Source of the DNA: a virus
DNA: 20,578 bases
Direction: 5' to 3' (one strand)
UHGV virus genome: UHGV-1749955
Shown one piece after another: positions 1-10,136 of this stretch (position 1 is the first letter of the stretch; each line of letters begins with the position of its first letter). A model generated the notes under the pieces. It was not told the origin of the DNA. It searched no databases and saw only the letters and a program-made list of their open reading frames with translations. The position numbers and the translations under genes were made by a program.

Positions 1-3000
1 GCTGATCGTCATAAACCCTGACGGTAATGGTCCCTGATGGCCACCGCTCCGGTGCCCGGGAGTCACGGGGGAAAGCTTTGCCCACTGTTTTAACGAGATC
101 GCCTTCAATCTGGTTCGCGGACAGTTTTCCCAGAACCCGACAGTTCTCGTTAATCGTGACGTTGTTGAGCGTCCCGGAGTTCGCATTCACGTTACCGCTG
201 ATATCGGCATTTTTCGCCGTCAGCCGCCCGTCCGGTGTCAGGGAAAATGCCGGAGGATTACCGCCGCTGGTAATGGTGGGAGCCGTCAGATATTTCAGGA
301 ACACTTCGTTCATGAATATCTGATCGCCCTGACCAACAAACATCGGCTTTGTGTTGCCATTCGCAGGATTAATCATCGCAATCCTGTCCGCCGCCAGCAG
401 CACCTGACTCTGCATACCGTCAGGGGTATTCTCAATACCGGCACCAATACCCGCGATATAAAGGCGTCCGTCCTGCATCTGCTGCAGCTTCACAGCCCAC
501 ATGCTGTTCAGGTTATTATTTGTATCAACCTGAACCTTCTGTATCTGCTGAATTGCCGCACTCTGGTCTTCCAGTTTCTTATTGACGGTCTGCGTGATTT
601 CATTGCTGACATCCGTAATGGACGTCCTGATTTCAGCCAGGTCAGGCGCAAGCTGACCGTTATCAATCTGCGTCCACAGCTCCTGAGCCAGATGGGTTTT
701 CCCTATCTCGCCTTTGAAAAAATCCAGATAGCCGGATGCATCATCACTCGGCTGACCAACAGCCTCCACGAATGCCGATTTGCCAACGGTGTTCACACTG
801 CGAACGTAAAAATAATAATCATGGCCCGGTTTGATATTGATACTGGCGGCTATCCAGTACAGCGCCGTGCCAAGATAGCGGGCTGTGGTTTCAACCTGCC
901 TGATATCCGCAATCCGCTTTTCCGAGAACCAGAACTCAAACTGTACCGTCGGGTCATAAACGGCAAGATGCGGCGTGGCGGTTATCTGAAAATAGCCCGG
1001 CGTCAGCTCAATCCGCGACGGTGCTGCCGGTGCGGCAATCCGGAACGATACCGACGCCGGATCGCCCTGCTGCCCCCACGCATTTACCGCCCGGACTGTC
1101 AGCCTGTAGTTCCCCAGCGCCAGTTGCGTGAAGCGGTATGTGGTTTCCGTCGTCCGGGCCGTGCTGACCAGCCGCTCACTGCCGTCATCCGCTGCCACGG
1201 TCAGGCGAAGCATAAAGCTCACGCCCTTCACCACCTTCGGCGTGTCCCAGCGCGCCAGCACCTGATATTCCCCGCTGTCTGCGGTGACTTCGGCAGTCAG
1301 GTGCTGCACCGCTGGCGGCGTGACACCATTCACCGTGCCGCTCTGGTCGCCGTCAAAGTGCGCCCCGTTATCCACGATGGCCTCTTTTTCCGGTACATGC
1401 TGCACGGCGGTGATGGCATACGTGCCGTCATCGTTCTCACGGATACTCACGCAGCGGAACAGGCGCTGGCGCAGCGTCGGCAGCTTCAGCCCCCACACGC
1501 TGTATTCGGCAACGCCGTCAGGAACACGGCTCACTTTCACCTTCACGCCGTCGGTGACGGACTGGACCTCCACGCTGACCGGATTACCCTGCCCGTCAAC
1601 CAGGCTTATCAGCGTGGTGCCGGAGGATGGCAGCGTGATTTCACGGTCGAGCGTCAGCGTCCGGGTCTGGCTGTTCACCGCCAGCACGCGACCACCGGTG
1701 CTGATACCGGCATAGTCATCATCGCAGATTTCAATGACATCGCCCGGTACATGGCGAAGCCCTTCAGCACCCACGCTGAAATCCACGGTCTGCGTCTCCA
1801 GCAGTTCCGTTTTAATCAGCCACAGCCCGGCGCGGTGTGCCTGCCCCCGGCTGGTACAGCCAAAGGCATCCATCTTCGTGACGTTACGACCGTAACGGGC
1901 AATGGCCTGCGTGTCCTCCACAAGCTCTGTCGCCGTCTCCCAGCCGTTATCCGGGTCAATCCAGTTCACCTCAACGGCATTATGGCGGTCCTTCAGGGCG
2001 CTGAAGCTGTAGCGGAACGGCGCGCCATCATCCGGCATCACCACATTACTGCGGTTATAGGTCCACACCTTATCCGACGGTCGGTCCTGCACGAACGTCA
2101 GCGTCTGCCCGTTCCATACCGGCATACAGCGCATCGCCGAGCAGAAATCACTGAGCACATCCCACGCCTTGCGCTGTGTGGTCAGGTACGCATTACAGGT
2201 GATGCGCGGCTCCGTGCCGCCAAAGCCGTCCGGCACTGACTGGTCGCAGTACTGGCCGATGACATACAGCGCCCATTTATCCACATCCGCCGCACCAAGA
2301 CGTTTCCCCATGCCGTAGCGCGGATGGGTCAGCATATCCCACAGACACCAGGCCATGTTGTTGCTGTATGCTGGCTTAAACGTTCCGTCCCAGATACCGC
2401 TGTATTGCCGCGTCTGCGGGTTATAGTTCGACGGCACCTGCAGAATACGCCCGCGCAGATGATAATTACGGCTCACCTGCTGGCTGCCGAACTGCTCCGA
2501 ATCCACCTGTACGCCGACCAGTGCCGTGTTCGGGTAGCACTGTTTCACATCGATGATTTCGGTGTATGACGACCAGAGCGTTTTGTTCTGCAGCTGGTCT
2601 GTGGTGCTGTCCGGCGTCATCCTGCGCATCCGGATATTGAACGGGCGCGGCGGCAGGTTATCCACCACCACCGAGGCCAGATACTGCGAGGTGGTTTTGC
2701 CCTTAATGGTGATGTCTTTTTCCGTCACCCAGCCACCGTTACGCTGTATCTGAACCAGCAGGCGGACTTCCGACGGATTCCGGTCCCCCTTTGAGGTGGT
2801 TTCCACCAGTGCCTGCACACCGAAGGTAAAGCGCAGACGGTCGATGTTTGCCGACGTGATGGTCCGGGTGATCGGCGTGTCGTATTTCACTTCCGTACCC
2901 AGCACCGTCTCGGAGCCGGAGGATTCAAATCCCTCCGGCGGTGTCTGCTCCTGCTCACCTGCCCGGAACACCACCGTGACGCCGGATATATTGGTATTCC

Positions 3001-3169
3001 CCTCACTGTCCAGCACCGGCGTACTGTTCAGCAGCACGCTTTTTAATCCGTCCACCGGACCTTCAACCGGCCCTTCGCTGATGGCATCGATCACACTCAG
3101 CAGCTGCGTGGACTTCAGGTTGTCCTTCGCTTCGCGCGGGGTATGCCCCTTACTGCTGCCTTTACCCAT
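1..3169 (-). CDS. J: Tail tip / host-specificity protein J (central tail fibre), N-terminal ~1056 codons; 3' part lies beyond the left window edge
   Basis: ATG at 3169-3167 on the minus strand, with GGAG about 9 nt upstream. My hand translation begins [53 protein letters not shown], which I recognise as lambda J. The frame stays open to position 1; the track lists no minus-strand ORF here, consistent with no stop inside the window. Position after I matches lambda. Confidence 0.92.
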   Translation of the reverse strand, partial: MGKGSSKGHTPREAKDNLKSTQLLSVIDAISEGPVEGPVDGLKSVLLNSTPVLDSEGNTNISGVTVVFRAGEQEQTPPEGFESSGSETVLGTEVKYDTPITRTITSANIDRLRFTFGVQALVETTSKGDRNPSEVRLLVQIQRNGGWVTEKDITIKGKTTSQYLASVVVDNLPPRPFNIRMRRMTPDSTTDQLQNKTLWSSYTEIIDVKQCYPNTALVGVQVDSEQFGSQQVSRNYHLRGRILQVPSNYNPQTRQYSGIWDGTFKPAYSNNMAWCLWDMLTHPRYGMGKRLGAADVDKWALYVIGQYCDQSVPDGFGGTEPRITCNAYLTTQRKAWDVLSDFCSAMRCMPVWNGQTLTFVQDRPSDKVWTYNRSNVVMPDDGAPFRYSFSALKDRHNAVEVNWIDPDNGWETATELVEDTQAIARYGRNVTKMDAFGCTSRGQAHRAGLWLIKTELLETQTVDFSVGAEGLRHVPGDVIEICDDDYAGISTGGRVLAVNSQTRTLTLDREITLPSSGTTLISLVDGQGNPVSVEVQSVTDGVKVKVSRVPDGVAEYSVWGLKLPTLRQRLFRCVSIRENDDGTYAITAVQHVPEKEAIVDNGAHFDGDQSGTVNGVTPPAVQHLTAEVTADSGEYQVLARWDTPKVVKGVSFMLRLTVAADDGSERLVSTARTTETTYRFTQLALGNYRLTVRAVNAWGQQGDPASVSFRIAAPAAPSRIELTPGYFQITATPHLAVYDPTVQFEFWFSEKRIADIRQVETTARYLGTALYWIAASINIKPGHDYYFYVRSVNTVGKSAFVEAVGQPSDDASGYLDFFKGEIGKTHLAQELWTQIDNGQLAPDLAEIRTSITDVSNEITQTVNKKLEDQSAAIQQIQKVQVDTNNNLNSMWAVKLQQMQDGRLYIAGIGAGIENTPDGMQSQVLLAADRIAMINPANGNTKPMFVGQGDQIFMNEVFLKYLTAPTITSGGNPPAFSLTPDGRLTAKNADISGNVNANSGTLNNVTINENCRVLGKLSANQIEGDLVKTVGKAFPRDSRAPERWPSGTITVRVYDDQ

Positions 3170-3191
3170 TCGTCATGCTCCATAAACGACA

Positions 3192-3211
3192 AAACCGCCC
3201 GCAGGCGGTTT
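3192..3211 (-). terminator. GC-rich stem-loop in the I-J intergenic gap (AAACCGCC-cgca-GGCGGTTT), followed on the minus strand by UGUCGUUU; terminator-like or RNA-stabilising hairpin
   Basis: Perfect 8-bp inverted repeat read directly from the sequence; it lies between the I stop (3230) and the J start (3169). Confidence 0.4.
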
Positions 3212-3229
3212 CACATAAAACATTTTGCA

Positions 3230-3901
3230 TCAGCGACCAATCACCACAACCTGACCACCATCCCCTTCGTCTGCCGTGCTGATCTCCTGAGAAACCACGC
3301 GTGACCCCACGCGCATTTCACCGTACAGAACAGGCAGAACATTGCCCTGGGCAACCATGTTATCCAGTGAGGAGAAATAGGTGTTCTGCTTACCGTTATC
3401 CGTTGTCTGTGTACGGGGAGTTCTGGCTTTCGGTGCCAGCATCTGCGCCACACCACCGAGCACCATACTGGCACCGAGAGAAAACAGGATGCCGGTCATA
3501 CCACCGGCCCCAATGGCTGCCCCCCATGCTGCAAGGGTGGCTCCGGCGGTAAAGAATGATCCGGCAATGGCGGCAGCCCCCAGGACAATCTGGAATACGC
3601 CACCTGACTTGGCCCCGGCGACTCTGGGAACAATATGAATCACAGCGCCATCAGGCAGAGTCTCATGTAACTGCGCCGTTAACCCGGACGTGCTGACGTC
3701 CCGCCCGGCAATCCGTACCTGATACCAGCCGTCGCTCAGTTTCTGACGAAACGCCGGGAGCTGTGTGGCCAGTGCCCGGATGGCTTCAGCCCCCGTTTTC
3801 ACACGAAGGTCGATGCGGCGGCCAAATCGTTGTAAATCCCCGTAAAGGCAGATGCGTGCCATGCCCGGTGACGCCAGAGGGAGTGTGTGCGTCGCTGCCA
3901 T
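3230..3901 (-). CDS. I: Tail tip assembly protein I
   Basis: 223-aa ORF (MAATHTLPLASPGMARICLYGDLQRF...QVVVIGR) recognised as lambda gpI; its 5' end overlaps the 3' end of K by about 100 nt, as in lambda. Confidence 0.93.
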   Translation of the reverse strand: MAATHTLPLASPGMARICLYGDLQRFGRRIDLRVKTGAEAIRALATQLPAFRQKLSDGWYQVRIAGRDVSTSGLTAQLHETLPDGAVIHIVPRVAGAKSGGVFQIVLGAAAIAGSFFTAGATLAAWGAAIGAGGMTGILFSLGASMVLGGVAQMLAPKARTPRTQTTDNGKQNTYFSSLDNMVAQGNVLPVLYGEMRVGSRVVSQEISTADEGDGGQVVVIGR

Positions 3902-4542
3902 TTGTCGGTATACCTCTCTCGTTTGCTCAGTTGTTCAGGAATATGGTGCAGCAGCTCGCCGTCACCACAGTAAATGGCGGCATGATTCGGCACCGATGAA
4001 CCAAAACAGCACAGCAGCACATCGCCCGGCTGCGCCGCTGACAACGGCACCTGATACAGCCCTGTGGCCTCCAGATTATCCAGATAGAGATTCTGACCGT
4101 GACGCCACCAGTCATCCTCGCGATGAAAATCCGGCATCTCAATCCCCGCCAGATGGTAAGCATCCCGGAACAGCGTGTAACAGTCCGTCACCCCGTGCTC
4201 AAAGCGCCGCCCGGTAAGATGTGGCACACAGCGGAACTTGTGAATCGCCCCCCGGCAGACCAGCCACCACGGCAAATCACTCTGCACCTGCAGCCGCCGG
4301 TCGGCCTCACTCAGCCAGGGCAGACCACCGGGGTGGCTGTGGACCAGCGCCACAATCTCACCCTGCATCTCTGCCTGCAGCCAGTCTTCCGGCGACATAC
4401 GGAAATACGCCTCCGGCTCACCGGAGATATTCACGCAGGGGAAATATCTTTCCCCCTCCGGCGTTCTCACCACGAAGCCGCACGACTCCGCTGGCGCACA
4501 TCGCCGGGCGTGCGCCAGAATCGCTGATTCTGTCTCTGTCAT
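3799..4542 (-). CDS. K: Tail tip assembly protein K, long form with MPN/JAMM-type motif (E-x-C-G ... H-S-H-x7-S-x2-D)
   Basis: 247-aa ORF; its C-terminal 199 aa (MSPEDWLQAEMQGEIVALVHSHPGGLPWLSEAD...) match lambda gpK as classically annotated. The ATG at 4542 is 5 nt after the L stop, and the extension carries AESCGF, a plausible JAMM catalytic Glu. Start choice is uncertain (4542 versus internal Met at about 4398). Confidence 0.85.
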   Translation of the reverse strand: MTETESAILAHARRCAPAESCGFVVRTPEGERYFPCVNISGEPEAYFRMSPEDWLQAEMQGEIVALVHSHPGGLPWLSEADRRLQVQSDLPWWLVCRGAIHKFRCVPHLTGRRFEHGVTDCYTLFRDAYHLAGIEMPDFHREDDWWRHGQNLYLDNLEATGLYQVPLSAAQPGDVLLCCFGSSVPNHAAIYCGDGELLHHIPEQLSKRERYTDKWQRRTHSLWRHRAWHASAFTGIYNDLAAASTFV

Positions 4543-4547
4543 GGGAT

Positions 4548-5246
4548 TTACTGCGAAAGTTTGTTAATGGAAAGGAAGCCGCCAAAGTTGCCGACGTTAT
4601 TGCGGAACTTACAACCGCTCAGGCATTTGCTGCATTTATCCTTCGTGATATCGGACGTTGGCTGGTCATATTCATCCGCGACCGCCGGACCGTGATAACC
4701 GCACTCATCGCCGCGATAGGTCCAGGTGCAGGTGTTGGCCAGCATGATACGTCCCGGAAAAACGGCACCGTCCGTTTCCGTCGGCGTGGACAGTACAAAA
4801 GAGGCACTCACCGCGCTCAGTTCGCTGCACTGCTCAATGCGCCAGCGGCTGATCACCTCCTGCTCCGGATCGGCGTCACTGTTTCCGTTGACGAAGTTCA
4901 CCGCATCCAGAAAACGGGCGTAAACCTTACGCCGGACCACCGTTCCGCCGACCAGACTCTGCAGATCTTCCGCCATCCCGGTGACCATACCGTACAGGTT
5001 AGAAACCGTCAGCGTGGGGCGCGTACTGGTGCCTTTGCCATTCAGTTCAAAACCACTCCCCTGAATGGGATACGGCTGATACTGTCGCCCCTGCCAGGTG
5101 ACCGGCTCACCTTTTTCGTTCTGCTCATTACAGAAAAAATAACGTTCTCCACCGACCTCTGTCAGATCGATTTCCCAGAGCACCACCTGGGCTGACTGAG
5201 TGAGGCGTGTCGTCTCATGATGTGTTTCCTGTGGAATATCCTGCAT
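4548..5246 (-). CDS. L: Tail tip protein L
   Basis: 232-aa ORF (MQDIPQETHHETTRLTQSAQVVLWEIDLTEVGGERYFFCNEQNEKGEPVTWQGRQYQPYPIQGSGFELNGKG...) recognised as lambda gpL, with the same length. Confidence 0.93.
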   Translation of the reverse strand: MQDIPQETHHETTRLTQSAQVVLWEIDLTEVGGERYFFCNEQNEKGEPVTWQGRQYQPYPIQGSGFELNGKGTSTRPTLTVSNLYGMVTGMAEDLQSLVGGTVVRRKVYARFLDAVNFVNGNSDADPEQEVISRWRIEQCSELSAVSASFVLSTPTETDGAVFPGRIMLANTCTWTYRGDECGYHGPAVADEYDQPTSDITKDKCSKCLSGCKFRNNVGNFGGFLSINKLSQ

Positions 5247-5255
5247 CAGGGCCTC

Positions 5256-5585
5256 CTATGCCACGACCTGTTCAAAATCTGCCGTTATGGTTACCCACAG
5301 CGCCCCCACGCTTGCCGACCATTTACGACAAACCACCCTGATCGGCTTCCAGTCATAAGGTGGCGTCCACTGAAATGCGCGGACGCCACCGTGCCGTTCC
5401 AGAAAGGCTTTTAAAGATGGGTGTTCACATTTACGAACACGTATCGTCACGCTGTAAGTCGACAACTGGTTATTCAGTCCCGCCGCACGACGCTGTTCAT
5501 AACCATCGCCCAGCTTCACTGTCACCACTTTCGGCTCTGATACCACATTCATATCCGGGCGCACTTTCCAGTGAAACGTCTCCAT
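5256..5585 (-). CDS. M: Tail tip protein M
   Basis: 109-aa ORF (METFHWKVRPDMNVVSEPKVVTVKLGDGYEQRRAAGLNNQ...) recognised as lambda gpM; its start overlaps the H stop. Confidence 0.93.
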   Translation of the reverse strand: METFHWKVRPDMNVVSEPKVVTVKLGDGYEQRRAAGLNNQLSTYSVTIRVRKCEHPSLKAFLERHGGVRAFQWTPPYDWKPIRVVCRKWSASVGALWVTITADFEQVVA

Positions 5586-8146
5586 TACCGATATGCTCCA
5601 CTTAACCGACCACCATCACGGGCCTGCTGTTGCATAAAGTCCGCTGCCGCTTTTTTCCCGAGGTCATAAACCGCCTTCAGGGCAGCCGGACCTATCTGCC
5701 CGTTCGTGCCGTCGTTGTTAATCACCACATGGTTATTCTGCTCAAACGTCCCGGACGCCTGCGACCGGCTGTCTGCCATGCTGCCCGGTGTACCGACATA
5801 ACCGCCGGTGGCATAGCCGCGCATCAGCCGGTAAAGATTCCCCACGCCAATCCGGCTGGTTGCCTCCTTCGTGAAGACAAATTCACCACGGTGAACAATC
5901 CCCGCTGGCTCATATTTGCCGCCGGTTCCCGTAAATCCTCCGGTTGCAAAATGGAATTTCGCCGCAGCGGCCTGAATGGCTGTACCGCCTGACGCGGATG
6001 CGCCGCCACCAACAGCCCCGCCAATGGCGCTGCCGATACTCCCGACAATCCCCACCATTGCCTGCTTAAGCAGAATTTCTGTCATCATGGACAGCACGGA
6101 ACGGGTGAAGCTGCGCCAGTTCTGCTCACTGCCGGTCAGCATCGCCGCCATATTCTGTGCAATACCATCAAAGGTCTGCGTGGCTGCACTTTTTACCTGC
6201 GACATACTGTCCGTGGCGCTCTCTTCCCACTCACTCCAGCCGGACTTCAGGCCTGCCATCCAGCTCCCGCGAAGCTGGTCTTCAGCCGCCCAGGTCTTTT
6301 TCTGCTCTGACATGACGTTATTCAGCGCCAGCGGATTATCGCCATACTGTTCCTTCAGGCGCTGTTCCGTGGCTTCCCGTTCTGCCTGCCGGTCAGTCAG
6401 CCCCCGGCTTTTCGCATCAATGGCGGCCCGTTTTGCCCGTTGCTGCTGTGCGAATTTATCCGCCTGCTGCGCCAGCGCGTTCAGGCGCTCCTGATACGTA
6501 ACCTTGTCGCCAAGTGCAGCCAGCTGGCGTTTGTACTCCAGCGTCTCATCTTTATGCGCCAGCAGGGATTTCTCCTGTGCAGACAGCTGGCGACGTTGCG
6601 CCGCCTCCTCCAGTACCGCGAACTGACTCTCCGCCTTCCACAAATCCCGGCGCTGCTGGCTGATTTTCTCATTTGCTCCGGCATGCTTCTCCAGCGTCCG
6701 GAGTTCTGCCTGAAGCGTCAGCAGGGCAGCATGAGCACTGTCTTCCTGACGATCGCCCGCAGACACCTTCACGCCGGACTGTTTCGGCTTTTTCAGCGTC
6801 GCTTCATAATCCTTTTTCGCCGCCGCCATCAGCGTGTTGTAATCCGCCTGCAGGATTTTCCCGTCTTTCAGTGCCTTGTTCAGTTCTTCCTGACGGGCGG
6901 TATATTTCTCCAGCGGCGTCTGCAGCCGTTCGTAAGCCTTCTGCGCCTCTTCGGTATATTTCAGCCGTGACGCTTCGGTATCGCTCTGCTGCTGCGCATT
7001 TTTGTCCTGTTGACTCTGCTGCTCAGCCTTCTTTCGGGCGGCTTCAAGCGCAAGACGGGCCTTTTCACGATCATCCCAGTAACGCGCCCGCGCTTCATCG
7101 TTAACAAAATAATCATCCTTGCGCAGATTCCAGATGTCGTCTGCTTTCTTAAACGCAGCCTCTGCCTTAATCAGCATCTCCTGCGCGGTATCAGGACGAC
7201 CAATATCCAGCACCGCATCCCACATGGATTTGAATGCCCGCGCTGTCCTGTCTGCCCAGGTCTCCAGCGTGCCCATGTTCTCTTTCAGGCGGCGGGTCTG
7301 GTCATCAAACCCTTTCGTTGCGGCCTCGTTCGCCGCCTGCAATGCCCCGGCTTCATCGCCGGAACGCTGCAACTGAGCAACATACGCAATCTGCTCCGCC
7401 GTCACGTTATGGAACTGACGTGCCATCGCTGTCAGTCCCGACGTCGGGTCTGTGGTCAGCTTCCCGAAGGCTTCAGCGACCTTGTCCACCTCCACGCCGG
7501 ATGCAGAGGAGAAACGCGCCACACTCTGGCTGATGGATGCAATCTGAGCCTCACCGCTTACTCCCGCCTTAACCAGTGCGCTGAGTGACTCGCTGGTCTG
7601 GTTAAACGTCAGCCCTGCCGCCTGCCCGGCTCTGGACAGGACCAGCATACGATCTGCCGTCAGTCCTGCCTGATTACCGGAAAGGACCAGCGTTTTGTTG
7701 AAATCGGACAGGGTTGAGTTGCCCTGATACCAGGCATACGCCAGCGCACCGGTCGCCACCGCCAGCGAGGTGGCCCCGACCATCGGCAGGGTGATCGCAC
7801 CGGCAAGCCCCCGGAACATGGGGATCATCCCGCCGAAGGAGTCCTTCACCTGACCGCCCTGTTGCAGCAGGATCAGCCACGGACTTTGCCCGCCTGCAAG
7901 CTGCGTGGCCACGTCGGTGAACTGTGCAGGCAGCATACGCATGGCGGCTTTATACTGCCCGACGGAAATCCCCGCTTTCTGTGCAGCCAGCGCCTGTCGG
8001 CTCAGCGACTGTTCAACGACTGCCGCTGTTTTTTTCGCATCACTTTCCGTACCGGAAAAATGACGCCTGACTCTGGCCATCTGCTCGTCAAATCTGGCCG
8101 CATCCAGACTTAAATCAACGACCAGATCGCCTACCGGTTCAGCCAT
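5585..8146 (-). CDS. H: Tail tape measure protein H
   Basis: 853-aa ORF, same length as lambda gpH; N-terminus MAEPVGDLVVDLSLDAARFDEQMARV; long coiled-coil-like Ala/Gln/Lys/Glu-rich centre and Gly-rich C-terminal part typical of tape measure proteins; its start overlaps the T stop. Confidence 0.95.
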   Translation of the reverse strand: MAEPVGDLVVDLSLDAARFDEQMARVRRHFSGTESDAKKTAAVVEQSLSRQALAAQKAGISVGQYKAAMRMLPAQFTDVATQLAGGQSPWLILLQQGGQVKDSFGGMIPMFRGLAGAITLPMVGATSLAVATGALAYAWYQGNSTLSDFNKTLVLSGNQAGLTADRMLVLSRAGQAAGLTFNQTSESLSALVKAGVSGEAQIASISQSVARFSSASGVEVDKVAEAFGKLTTDPTSGLTAMARQFHNVTAEQIAYVAQLQRSGDEAGALQAANEAATKGFDDQTRRLKENMGTLETWADRTARAFKSMWDAVLDIGRPDTAQEMLIKAEAAFKKADDIWNLRKDDYFVNDEARARYWDDREKARLALEAARKKAEQQSQQDKNAQQQSDTEASRLKYTEEAQKAYERLQTPLEKYTARQEELNKALKDGKILQADYNTLMAAAKKDYEATLKKPKQSGVKVSAGDRQEDSAHAALLTLQAELRTLEKHAGANEKISQQRRDLWKAESQFAVLEEAAQRRQLSAQEKSLLAHKDETLEYKRQLAALGDKVTYQERLNALAQQADKFAQQQRAKRAAIDAKSRGLTDRQAEREATEQRLKEQYGDNPLALNNVMSEQKKTWAAEDQLRGSWMAGLKSGWSEWEESATDSMSQVKSAATQTFDGIAQNMAAMLTGSEQNWRSFTRSVLSMMTEILLKQAMVGIVGSIGSAIGGAVGGGASASGGTAIQAAAAKFHFATGGFTGTGGKYEPAGIVHRGEFVFTKEATSRIGVGNLYRLMRGYATGGYVGTPGSMADSRSQASGTFEQNNHVVINNDGTNGQIGPAALKAVYDLGKKAAADFMQQQARDGGRLSGAYR

Positions 8147-8573
8147 ACCGGACTCCTCCTGCGATCCCTTCTGATACTGTCATCAGCATTACGTCATCCT
8201 CCGTCATGTCCGCCACATCCGGGGAAGTGGGGATAACTTCATTCCCGTCCGGGCCAAAGCGGACGCCTCCGGCAAGCCCTGCCGCTTTCTGCATCAGCAC
8301 ATCATCTTCAGGCTCTTCGTCAGCCTCGCGCCGGTTCAGCAGACTGAAATCCAGCGGATGCATATCCGGATCGCTGAAAAACAGGCTGAGCACGGTGTAC
8401 GTCAGCCCGGAAAAGTGCATATCCAGCAGAACATCATGAAAATAATGGGTACTGTAAAAGCGGTGCCAGTCGGCATACTCCGTGGATGACATCCCGGCAA
8501 GCATGGCGCGCCAGTCGGGTCGCCCCATCTCACGCGCCAGTTTCAGGGCAAAACTCAGCTCACCGTCGAACAC
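8139..8573 (-). CDS. T: T segment of the tail assembly chaperone, expressed as a G-T fusion by -1 programmed ribosomal frameshift
   Basis: Open frame in the -1 frame relative to G, beginning at the slippery site (the track start is GTG, not an independent start); protein ...FDGELSFALKLAREMGRPDWRAMLAGMSSTEYADWHRFY recognised as lambda gpT. Confidence 0.85.
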   Translation of the reverse strand: MFDGELSFALKLAREMGRPDWRAMLAGMSSTEYADWHRFYSTHYFHDVLLDMHFSGLTYTVLSLFFSDPDMHPLDFSLLNRREADEEPEDDVLMQKAAGLAGGVRFGPDGNEVIPTSPDVADMTEDDVMLMTVSEGIAGGVRYG

Positions 8574-8977
8574 TTTCCCGCAGAAACAGGCTCTGCAGGC
8601 CCGGCGTCCTCTGTCTGTTCAGGGGCATTATTCACCACAAACTCATACATACCGGACAGCCGGTACACCACGTTTTCAGCATGAGAAATTGCCTCCGTGG
8701 GCCAGGTGGTAAGCACTTCCTGCTCAATCTGTTTAACGGCTTCATTCATGGACGGCATCTGCGTCTTCTGCGGATGGTTATGCCACAGGGACATCGCCAC
8801 CAGAAACGCGCCGGTTCTGATGGCGTCTTCCACAGTAAACTTCCGGTTGCTGTCTGACTCCGCCTGTTCTGCCTGCCGTTTCATCAGGGCGAGATGCTCA
8901 ATACGCTGCAGGGCTGACAGTTCAGAAAGCGTGACGGTCACACCGTTATGTTCAAATGATTCGGTTTTCAGGAACAT
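8555..8977 (-). CDS. G: Tail assembly chaperone G
   Basis: 140-aa ORF (MFLKTESFEHNGVTVTLSELSALQRIEHLALMKRQAEQAESD...) recognised as lambda gpG; ends ...AGKCSTVS with the slippery site embedded. Confidence 0.92.
   Translation of the reverse strand: MFLKTESFEHNGVTVTLSELSALQRIEHLALMKRQAEQAESDSNRKFTVEDAIRTGAFLVAMSLWHNHPQKTQMPSMNEAVKQIEQEVLTTWPTEAISHAENVVYRLSGMYEFVVNNAPEQTEDAGPAEPVSAGKCSTVS
8573..8579 (-). other. -1 programmed ribosomal frameshift slippery heptamer G GGA AAG at the end of G
   Basis: Plus strand CTTTCCC at 8573-8579 is GGGAAAG on the minus strand, in G frame as Gly-Lys, 5 codons before the G stop; this matches the known lambda G/GT frameshift site. Confidence 0.8.
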
Positions 8978-8992
8978 CTCTGACTCCCCGGA

Positions 8993-9733
8993 TTAACTGG
9001 CGGTGACGGTGATTTCTGCAACCGCAGCAAGTTCACCATTACCGGATACAACCGGAATGTTGACCTTGCCTGCAGCAACGCCGTTCACGGTGATGGTCAT
9101 ACCACTGACCGACACGGTGGCTTTTGTTTTATCCGCAGACACCGCACGGAAGCTCTTGTCGGTTGCGCCTTCCGGCTGGAATGCCACGGTCAGCGTGGTG
9201 CTCTGCCCTTTCACCACCGAGGTGCTGGCAGGCGTCACGGTCATGCCGGTTGCCGCTGTTACCGTGCTGCGATCTTCTGCCATCGACGGACGTCCCACGT
9301 TGGTGACTTTCACCGTGCGGGTGATCACTTCCTTCGCCGTCACCGCCTTACCGATACTGCTGACCCAGCCACGGAACACATCGACCGTGCCGTTCGGGAA
9401 GCGGATTTTATAGGCACGGGTATCACCTTCATTAAACCACGCCAGCAGCGCCTGCTGCCCCTGCTCTCCGGGCATCCACGCCAGCGTGAAGCTGGTATCT
9501 CCGGCAGATTTCTGCCCCTGCCCGGTCGCAGTCCAGTCCGCATCTTCATCATCGAGATAGCTGTCGTCATAGGACTCAGCGGTCAGTTCGCCGGGCGTCA
9601 GGTCTTTAACTTTTGCCAGACGCGACCAGTCAACGTCTGAAAGCGGGTTCGCATAAGGGTCACCGCTCCCCTTATAAACCCACAGGGTGGTCCCGGCACC
9701 TTTCACCGGCATTACAGGATTTGGTACAGGCAT
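8993..9733 (-). CDS. V: Major tail tube protein V
   Basis: Track ORF is 256 aa; the lambda-length start is the internal Met ([43 protein letters not shown]...), giving 246 aa; C-terminal Ig-like region ...[18 protein letters not shown]. Confidence 0.92.
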   Translation of the reverse strand: MPVPNPVMPVKGAGTTLWVYKGSGDPYANPLSDVDWSRLAKVKDLTPGELTAESYDDSYLDDEDADWTATGQGQKSAGDTSFTLAWMPGEQGQQALLAWFNEGDTRAYKIRFPNGTVDVFRGWVSSIGKAVTAKEVITRTVKVTNVGRPSMAEDRSTVTAATGMTVTPASTSVVKGQSTTLTVAFQPEGATDKSFRAVSADKTKATVSVSGMTITVNGVAAGKVNIPVVSGNGELAAVAEITVTAS

Positions 9734-9740
9734 AGCGTCC

Positions 9741-10136
9741 TCACATTTCATAGGTAATGACATAAGTCAGATCGGCTGAACTCCACAGGCCCGCATCATC
9801 GTCGCGCCGGTAGTCATAGCCACTGGCCACCATACTGGTGATCAAATCTGACAGTGCCGGGATATCGCTCATCACCGGATAAATCCGGGACTCCATCCAC
9901 GCATCCAGCTCTGAATCCGGCACCTGAGCAGGCAGGAAAACTTCAATATGCAGCTCCGCCTGCCAGGTATCGCTGTCCAGCTCTTCGCCCGTGTATTCAG
10001 CGCCGGTGAGATAAACGGCAACTGCCGGAAAATCCGCCTCATCAAAAACAGCGGGGCGACCATCAAAAAACGTCGCCCCGGTGTCATGCTTCTCCAGTGC
10101 ATCCAGTACGGCTGCACGGAGTTCAGTATGTTTCAT
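9741..10136 (-). CDS. U: Tail terminator protein U
   Basis: 131-aa ORF ([54 protein letters not shown]...) recognised as lambda gpU; overlaps Z by 4 nt. Confidence 0.93.
   Translation of the reverse strand: MKHTELRAAVLDALEKHDTGATFFDGRPAVFDEADFPAVAVYLTGAEYTGEELDSDTWQAELHIEVFLPAQVPDSELDAWMESRIYPVMSDIPALSDLITSMVASGYDYRRDDDAGLWSSADLTYVITYEM

Noticed and set aside
692-2239. 515-aa plus-strand ORF (with nested ORF 1284-1715) inside the J region
   Set aside because: Antisense to the J coding frame, which is recognisable and open throughout. The product is Arg/Pro/His-rich and low-complexity, typical of a shadow ORF in GC-rich coding DNA, and has no RBS context.
4221-5195. 324-aa plus-strand ORF overlapping K and L
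   Set aside because: Antisense shadow of the lambda-like K and L genes; Arg/Pro/Ala-rich composition.
5976-7588. Several plus-strand ORFs of 143-192 aa inside the H region
   Set aside because: All lie antisense to the 853-aa tape measure gene and have low-complexity Ala/Arg/Ser/Leu-rich products; shadow ORFs.
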